Of a DNA stretch of 64,000 nucleotides, positions 58,304 to 64,000 are shown piece after piece. The DNA comes from Vulcanimicrobiota bacterium. GTDB taxonomy: Bacteria; Vulcanimicrobiota; Vulcanimicrobiia; Vulcanimicrobiales; Vulcanimicrobiaceae. The notes below the pieces were generated by a model that worked only from the letters and a program-made list of their open reading frames with translations, did no database searches and was not told where the DNA came from. Made by a program: the position numbers and the translations under genes. The number at the start of each line of letters is the position of its first letter. Position 1 is the stretch's first letter. Location of the stretch: assembly GCA_963777365.1 (NCBI GenBank), contig CAVZQG010000013.1:9600-73599 (forward strand), given 5' to 3'.

Positions 58304-59327
58304 GTTGCGCCGCACCGCGTTCACGGTCCTAGCCGCCGCGCTGCTGTGCACCGCGGTCTTTCGTCCTGCGCAGGCGCAGGATGCCACGCAGCTGCTGCGC
58401 GACGCGGTCTCGGCATACGACAAGTATTCATATATCGGTCAAGTGCAGAATGTCGATTTCGGCACGAGCCGCGCGATGGCGGTGCTTTTCGGAATCGAGC
58501 ACCGTGCACCCGACCTTACGCGGCGCTGGTACCTGGCGCCCGAATCGCTCTACGGCGAGTCGATCATCAGTAAAGGCGACACCAGTTACGACGTCGATCC
58601 GCACAACAATCGCATCATCGTTCTCAAGGACGATGCCATAGACGACCAGGTCGCCGACGATGACAACTTCGGACTATTGATGCACAACTACCGTGCCGTC
58701 ATGGGACCCGACGACAACGTCGCGGGGCGTCGCGCGTATTCCGTGCTCTTGATAAACAAATATAACGGGACGACCGTTATGCGGATATCCGTCGATGCGC
58801 AAACCAAGCTCGTCCTGCAAAAGGAGCGCTACTCGGCGAGCGGTTCGGTTTCACATCAGATGCATTTCGAGAGCATTCGATACACGCAGGCTCTTCCCGA
58901 CGACCTTTTCGCCGTTCCCACGTCCGGCTATGCTCGCATCAGCGGGCCGAGCCACGGATTCCCGTCGGCGGATCTGCAGGCGGTCGTGCGAACCGCCGGG
59001 TTCCAAGCGCGAGGGCCGAAATATCTGCCTGAGGGTTTCCTGCCGATTGCCGGCGACGTGAGCGACATCAAGGGTGTGCGAACGCTGCATCTTCTTTATT
59101 CGGATGGTCTGCGAACCGTGTCCCTTTTTGAAAATGCTCGCGGCTCGGCGGTGGACATGAGCAAATACACGGTGCATCAAACGAACGTACGCTCTATCGG
59201 GGCCCAGTATGTCGTCGACGGACCGACAACGCTGCTGGCATGGGCGCAAGACAATCTGCATCTCGCACTGGTCGGTGAACTCTCGCGCGACGAACTCGTT
59301 CGAATCGCCGCGTCCGTGGCACCCTAA
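58290..59327 (+). CDS. Secreted RseB/MucB-like (LolA-fold-like) protein
   Basis: Signal MQIRKLRRTAFTVLAAALLCTAVFRPAQA. Its position after the sigma/anti-sigma pair and general resemblance to RseB-type regulators support the call. The assignment is tentative. Confidence 0.5.
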   Translation: MQIRKLRRTAFTVLAAALLCTAVFRPAQAQDATQLLRDAVSAYDKYSYIGQVQNVDFGTSRAMAVLFGIEHRAPDLTRRWYLAPESLYGESIISKGDTSYDVDPHNNRIIVLKDDAIDDQVADDDNFGLLMHNYRAVMGPDDNVAGRRAYSVLLINKYNGTTVMRISVDAQTKLVLQKERYSASGSVSHQMHFESIRYTQALPDDLFAVPTSGYARISGPSHGFPSADLQAVVRTAGFQARGPKYLPEGFLPIAGDVSDIKGVRTLHLLYSDGLRTVSLFENARGSAVDMSKYTVHQTNVRSIGAQYVVDGPTTLLAWAQDNLHLALVGELSRDELVRIAASVAP

Positions 59328-60337
59328 CTCAGCAGCGACTCAATTCGCGAGAGCATGATCTGCTGCGGCTGCGGCAGCGCTCGTATCTGCGCGCCGCTGC
59401 CCGATCCGGTTCCCGCGTCGTGCGCATCGACGATCGCACCCACCGAAGCGGCTAGGGTACGCGTATCGTATCCGCCTTCAAGGATGTATGCCACTCGCCC
59501 GTTGCAATAGGTTTGCGCAACGTCATTGATAATACCGGCGAGCCGCGCGGCGGCGGAGAGATCAACGCCCAGATCCCCGACCGGATCGCCCGCAACATAG
59601 TCGAACCCGGCGCTTACGATCAGGATATCAGGACGTACGCGCGCAGCCACACGCGGCAGCAGCGTTTCCCAAGCGGCAACGAATGCTTCGGTGCCGAGAT
59701 CGTGCGGCGGAAGCGGCAGATTTACGATAGCGTCGCCGCGGTCGAGCGCATAGTTTTCATCGGGACCACCGCTTCCCGGATACGCGGGGTAGCCGTGGGT
59801 GGAGACGTACGAGAGGCCGTGGCCGCTTACGGCTTGCGTGCCGTTCCCATGATGGTAGTCGAAGTCGACGATCAGCGCGCGCGCACCCGTTTGAGCCTGC
59901 ATTGCACGCGCGGCGATCGCCGCATTGTTGAACACGCAAAAGCCCATTCCGCGCGTCGATTCGGCGTGATGGCCGGGCGGGCGTACGAGTGCGAAGACCG
60001 CCGCGTTGTGCTCGGTCGCGGCTTGCGCCGCTGCCACGGCGCCGCCGGCCGCACGCCGCGCAACCGCGGGTGAGCGCTCGTCGACAACCGTATCTCCCGT
60101 GGAAATATAACCCGCGTGCCCGCGCATCGATGCCGACTCGCGATCGATCAGATCGATGTATGCGCCGCCGTGAACGCGTTCGATCTCTTCGCGCGTTGCG
60201 TCCCGCGCGGGGAGCGCATGCGTTAAATCGCCGCGCTCTCGCAGAAACGCAGCGACCACCTCTACGCGATCGGAGGATTCCGGATGAGGAATTCCGCGCA
60301 GGTGGTCGCCGTAGAGCTCATCGTATACGATCAGCAT
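59324..60337 (-). CDS. Histone deacetylase-family (AcuC/acetylpolyamine amidohydrolase-like) protein
   Basis: RPPGHHA, GFCVFNNAA, DFDYHHGNGTQ, SAGFDYVAGDP and LEGGY. Confidence 0.85.
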   Translation of the reverse strand: MLIVYDELYGDHLRGIPHPESSDRVEVVAAFLRERGDLTHALPARDATREEIERVHGGAYIDLIDRESASMRGHAGYISTGDTVVDERSPAVARRAAGGAVAAAQAATEHNAAVFALVRPPGHHAESTRGMGFCVFNNAAIAARAMQAQTGARALIVDFDYHHGNGTQAVSGHGLSYVSTHGYPAYPGSGGPDENYALDRGDAIVNLPLPPHDLGTEAFVAAWETLLPRVAARVRPDILIVSAGFDYVAGDPVGDLGVDLSAAARLAGIINDVAQTYCNGRVAYILEGGYDTRTLAASVGAIVDAHDAGTGSGSGAQIRALPQPQQIMLSRIESLLS

Positions 60338-61880
60338 CGAGCCGCAAAGCCGCTACGAGTGCTTGGACCTTCTTCGTGTCGCTCGACTTCGTGCTGAGCA
60401 TCGCTATCTGGGCCTGAATCTGCTTGTACGTCTTGGTACCCGGACGCATCAGCTTGAGCAGCCGCTTATAGGAATCAACCGCTTTGGGCTTCTGATTCGT
60501 ATGCGCGTATGAAGAACCCGCCATGTAGAGCAGCTGCGGATTATGGTCCATGAACTGCTTGACGTTACTGTTCAGAACGTCGAAAATCTGGGCGGCTTCC
60601 TTGAAGTTCTTCAAGCTGTAGTCGGAACCGGCGATGCAGCCGAGCGTATCGGGGTTGCGGCTCATTTCGAACGACTTGCCGCACGCCTCGCGAGCGTGCG
60701 CATAGTCGTGCACGCCGACGTACGCCTGCCCCAATATCGCAAGCGTTTGAGCGCTCGGAGCGACCTGGCTGAGCTGTTTCAGATAGGAGATTGCATCGGT
60801 GGTACGCCCTTGCGCCTGCTTCAGATTCGCCATATCGTAGAGCGCGCTCACGTCGTTGTGATCGCCTTTGAGCGCAGCCAGGAATTCCTGTTCGGCCCGG
60901 CGTTGGTCATGCTGCGCGAGATAGTATTCACCGAAGGCCGTATGCAGCGAGTACATCGTCGGATACTGCGCAATGGCCGCATTGAACGTTGCTTGCGCTT
61001 GCGACTGCTGACGCGCGCCCGCGTACATCAGCGCCTTGCGAACCATGACCCCGGCCTTGTCGGTATCGCTGTCGGCCGCCGCGACCGCGTCGTCGTACGC
61101 AGCAGCGGCCTTCGGGATGTCGTTCTGCTTCGCGAAAAGCTCGGCGCGGAAGACGAGCACCTGAACGTTCTTCGGATCGGCCTGAATGGCGCGGTCGATG
61201 ACGGCCAATGCGTTCGGAATCGTGTTTTGCGCGACCCACGTCTGCGCTTCTTGCATCAGCGGGCTGACGTCTTTCGGATCGAGCGAGTACGCCTTTTCGA
61301 ACTGTGCGCGAGCCTGATCCCATTTTTGTTCGGCGGCCAGCACGCCCGCGAGCGTATCGTAGGCTTTGGGATCGCTCGCGTTAAACGTCACCGCGCGATT
61401 TGCGACACGGTCGGCGTCCGGTAAACGTCCCGCTTTCACGTACAGATCGGCAAGCGTTGCAAGCACGGCCAGATTCGTCGGTTCCAGATTCGAGGCGGCT
61501 TCGAGATCGCTTATCGCAGCTGCGCCGTTTCCAAGCGCTGCCTGCACCGAACCGTCCAGAAAGTACACCTGCGCGGTTTTGGTGCCGAGCTGGAGCAACC
61601 GCTGCGTGAGCGGTGCCGCGGCCTCGGGGTGATTGATGGAGAGAAACTGTCCCGCAAGTTCAGCCAACGCTTGCGTGTCGTTCGGATTGTCCTTGAGCTT
61701 TTGCTCGAGACGAGGTATCGCAATGTTCGGCGGCTCGGGCGTTGCGGTCGGCAACGGCGCGGCCGAGGCGGAGGGAGTGGGCGTCGGCTTTGCTTTTGCA
61801 GCGCTCGCCGTGCTGGGCACGAGCGCGACGGCAGAGCAGAACGCTGCGAGGAAGAACGCGGGCAACAGGATACGTTTCAA
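60318..61880 (-). CDS. Secreted TPR-repeat protein
   Basis: Signal peptide, a Pro/Thr/Ala linker, then about 12 TPR-like A-x-x-x-Y/A-L-x-x-x-P repeats. Confidence 0.75.
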   Translation of the reverse strand: MKRILLPAFFLAAFCSAVALVPSTASAAKAKPTPTPSASAAPLPTATPEPPNIAIPRLEQKLKDNPNDTQALAELAGQFLSINHPEAAAPLTQRLLQLGTKTAQVYFLDGSVQAALGNGAAAISDLEAASNLEPTNLAVLATLADLYVKAGRLPDADRVANRAVTFNASDPKAYDTLAGVLAAEQKWDQARAQFEKAYSLDPKDVSPLMQEAQTWVAQNTIPNALAVIDRAIQADPKNVQVLVFRAELFAKQNDIPKAAAAYDDAVAAADSDTDKAGVMVRKALMYAGARQQSQAQATFNAAIAQYPTMYSLHTAFGEYYLAQHDQRRAEQEFLAALKGDHNDVSALYDMANLKQAQGRTTDAISYLKQLSQVAPSAQTLAILGQAYVGVHDYAHAREACGKSFEMSRNPDTLGCIAGSDYSLKNFKEAAQIFDVLNSNVKQFMDHNPQLLYMAGSSYAHTNQKPKAVDSYKRLLKLMRPGTKTYKQIQAQIAMLSTKSSDTKKVQALVAALRLDADRIR

Positions 61881-61935
61881 AGAATTGTCCTTATCGAGTG
61901 GCTTCGGTCATAGAACGAGCGAGAGCGGGCAATTG

Positions 61936-62919
61936 TCACGCATGCGCTTTGGCCCCCTGGACCATCTGCGTGAGTTCCGGGATGATTTTGAAGAGGTCGC
62001 CGACGACGAGCAGGTCGGCAAACTCACCGATCGGCACGCTCGCATCGCGATTTATCGCCACAATCGTGGCGGCGGACTGCATGCCGACCTTATGCTGGAT
62101 TGCGCCCGAGATACCCACCGCAATATACAACTGTGGGCTTACTACCTTGCCCGTCTGTCCGATTTGCAGACTATACGGCACCCACCCCGCGTCGGCTGCC
62201 GCGCGCGAAGCGCCAACTGCGCCACCTAAGGCGTCCGCCAATGGCTTGAGCAGCGTCGTAAAGGGGTCCGGACCGCCCAGACCGCGTCCGCCGCTGATAA
62301 CGACCGGCGCTTCCTCCAGTCCCATCTCGCCTGAAGCCTCTTCGACCTCGGTCTCGATCTTCATAGGATACGACTTACCGGCGGGTTTCTCTAAGGGGGC
62401 AACTTGCGCAGAGCCGCTTGCCGGCTGTGCATCAAAGGCGTTGGGTCGAACGGTTGCCACGCCGTACTCGTCGCTCCTGAAACCGCTCGAGACCACGGCT
62501 GAACCTTGCAGCTTCGGCCCGACGCTGACGGCTTTTCCGTTCTCGAGTCTGAAGCCGGTGACATCGGAGTTCAGGCCGGCTTGCAAGCGCGCAGCGATGC
62601 GCCCCGCGATGTCGCGGCCCTGCATCGTGTTGGGCACGAGGAAGAGCGCCGGCCCCGTGCTTCGGGCGACCGACTCGAGATAGTCGACGATCGGATCCAG
62701 CAAGTATGTATCCACGTCCGGATCTTCGCTCACGTGGATGACGTCGAGCGGATAATTTGTGAGCTGCTCGGCAAGTGCGGCGGAACCCGCACCCAAGACG
62801 ACTGCGTGCGCTTTTCCGCCGAGCGCATCCGCGATTTTTCGCGCCTCGGTTGCAAGTTCGAAGGTGACCTTGCGCGTATGGCCGCCGCGGTGTTCTACAT
62901 AAACGATGACGTGCTGCAT
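61936..62919 (-). CDS. etfA: Electron transfer flavoprotein alpha subunit
   Basis: ...SGGRGLG..., GASRAAADAGW and QIGQTGKVVSPQLYIAVGISGAIQHKVGM. Confidence 0.9.
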   Translation of the reverse strand: MQHVIVYVEHRGGHTRKVTFELATEARKIADALGGKAHAVVLGAGSAALAEQLTNYPLDVIHVSEDPDVDTYLLDPIVDYLESVARSTGPALFLVPNTMQGRDIAGRIAARLQAGLNSDVTGFRLENGKAVSVGPKLQGSAVVSSGFRSDEYGVATVRPNAFDAQPASGSAQVAPLEKPAGKSYPMKIETEVEEASGEMGLEEAPVVISGGRGLGGPDPFTTLLKPLADALGGAVGASRAAADAGWVPYSLQIGQTGKVVSPQLYIAVGISGAIQHKVGMQSAATIVAINRDASVPIGEFADLLVVGDLFKIIPELTQMVQGAKAHA

Positions 62920-63710
62920 CAGATGAGCTTCTTCTCTCGCAGAAAATCAAAGATGGCTTTGGCGCCGCTCTGTCCGTCGGCGGCTTCGACCACGCGCGCC
63001 TTCTCACGCGGTTTGGGAGCCGCGACGTCGAGCACTTCGGTCTTTGCGCCGTCGCTGCCGACCGCGCGATCCAATCCCAGGTCCGCCAGCGACATCGCCG
63101 TAATCGGCTTTTTCTTGGCGCCCATAATGCCTTTGAGCGAGGCATATCGAGGCTCTCCGACGGCCATCGTTACCGTAATGAGCGCGGGGAGCGGACCGGT
63201 GACGACTTGATAGCCGCTGTCGGTCTCGCGCTGCGCTTTGATCTTGCCCTCGCCGACTTCGTCGATCTTGCGCACGTTCGTGAGCCCGGGCACGGCCAGA
63301 TATTCGGCCATGGCGGTTGGTACGCCGCCGGTGTTGCCGTCGTCGGCCAGGCCGCCGCAGATTAGCAGATCGAAGCCGATCTTTTTAAGCGCTTGAGCCA
63401 TCGCGTAGGACGTGCCCCATACGTCGCTGCCTTCCAAGCCTGCATCGGTGAGCATCACCGCATCATCGGCACCCATTGCGAGCGCTTTTCGCACGGTTTC
63501 CTTGCCGCTCTCCGGCGCCATCGTGAAGATGGTGACGGTCGTGTCGGCGCCGAGCTTCTCTTTAAGCTGCAGGGCGGCTTCGATCGCATATTCATCAAAC
63601 GGATTGAGCACCGTTTCGAGTCCGGCGCGCACGAGACGTTTGGTTTCGGGGTCGATGCGCTTGACGGCATTCGTATCCGGAACCAGCTTAACGGTCACCA
63701 CGATCTTCAC
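62919..63710 (-). CDS. etfB: Electron transfer flavoprotein beta subunit
   Basis: GTG at 63710 preceded by GGAGG. VKIVVTVKLVPDT...NPFDEYAIEAALQLKE... and DLLICGGLADDGNTGGV. The longer listed ORF extends upstream out of context. Confidence 0.9.
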   Translation of the reverse strand: MKIVVTVKLVPDTNAVKRIDPETKRLVRAGLETVLNPFDEYAIEAALQLKEKLGADTTVTIFTMAPESGKETVRKALAMGADDAVMLTDAGLEGSDVWGTSYAMAQALKKIGFDLLICGGLADDGNTGGVPTAMAEYLAVPGLTNVRKIDEVGEGKIKAQRETDSGYQVVTGPLPALITVTMAVGEPRYASLKGIMGAKKKPITAMSLADLGLDRAVGSDGAKTEVLDVAAPKPREKARVVEAADGQSGAKAIFDFLREKKLI

Positions 63711-64000
63711 GTGGGCAAGACCTCCGGGAACAATTGGGGGATTAAACAACATGCGCCCCGCAAACGCAGGCATGCATTTGAGGGCGCAGGACAACCCGGG
63801 TTGATTGTGGACATGGCGGGCCTCATCCTTTTCGCAGCGATCCTGGCCGGCGCCGGCCTCGCCCGCGCCTTCACCCACACCGAATGCTTGTGGGGCAGGC
63901 AACCATACGAACCTTCTCGCGACCGAAAACCGGCCGACCATCGGATTCAGCTCCTGCGCCGTCAAACGTGGCGAGGTTCTTGCGGAGATCGGATACTCGA

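Noticed and set aside
63711-64000. Possible gene fragments at the 3' edge. There is a plus-strand ORF from the ATG at 63812 (MAGLILFAAILAGAGLARAF...), and a minus-strand frame ending at about 63868.
   Set aside because: The fragments are too short and truncated by the window edge, and no motif is recognised. The long listed minus ORF (62919..63965) is etfB plus an unsupported upstream extension.

Overview
This is a 64-kb high-GC (by eye roughly 60-65% G+C) bacterial chromosomal segment. It is almost fully coding, with about 70 recognisable genes, one tRNA (Asn-GTT) and several rho-independent terminators. I see no rRNA, CRISPR array, transposase, integrase or phage genes.

Housekeeping content and gene order look Terrabacteria-like:
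- lhr helicase
- def-fmt-rsmB running co-directionally into fhaA/fhaB-like FHA genes, a PP2C phosphatase and a SEDS (FtsW/RodA) gene
- topA-trmFO and hslVU, metK-ahcY, ymdB-spoVS, etfBA
- diderm markers: two TonB-dependent-receptor-like genes and ADP-heptose epimerase

Accessory content:
1. At the 5' edge, a partial RiPP-like gene set: an NTP_transf_5-type nucleotidyltransferase, a PqqD-like ORF and a SAM methyltransferase.
2. A decayed stretch beside tRNA-Asn. It holds an AraC remnant, an internally deleted beta-carbonic anhydrase, a paralogue remnant, a broken Usp gene and about 0.5 kb of non-coding DNA with a promoter-leader-terminator layout.
3. The most interesting locus, 41.9-48.8 kb. 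It is an apparently translationally coupled operon encoding five products:
   - a membrane protein
   - a fused N-terminal-CxxCH / beta-barrel-like / cytochrome c / Ig-like protein (Cyc2-like architecture)
   - a Tat-signal multicopper oxidase
   - a paralogous membrane protein
   - a TonB-dependent-receptor-like protein

   Paralogous HxH-motif secreted proteins and a TlpA/MauE/SCO copper-thiol cluster lie around it.
4. Tandem HPr-kinase-like P-loop proteins, divergent from an ECF sigma / anti-sigma / RseB-like module.

The sequence carries on the order of 50 single-base frame breaks, including in essential genes, and they are very unevenly distributed. Most look like indel errors, so the pseudogene-like calls are provisional. 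All functional calls come from motif recognition by eye; no searches were run.
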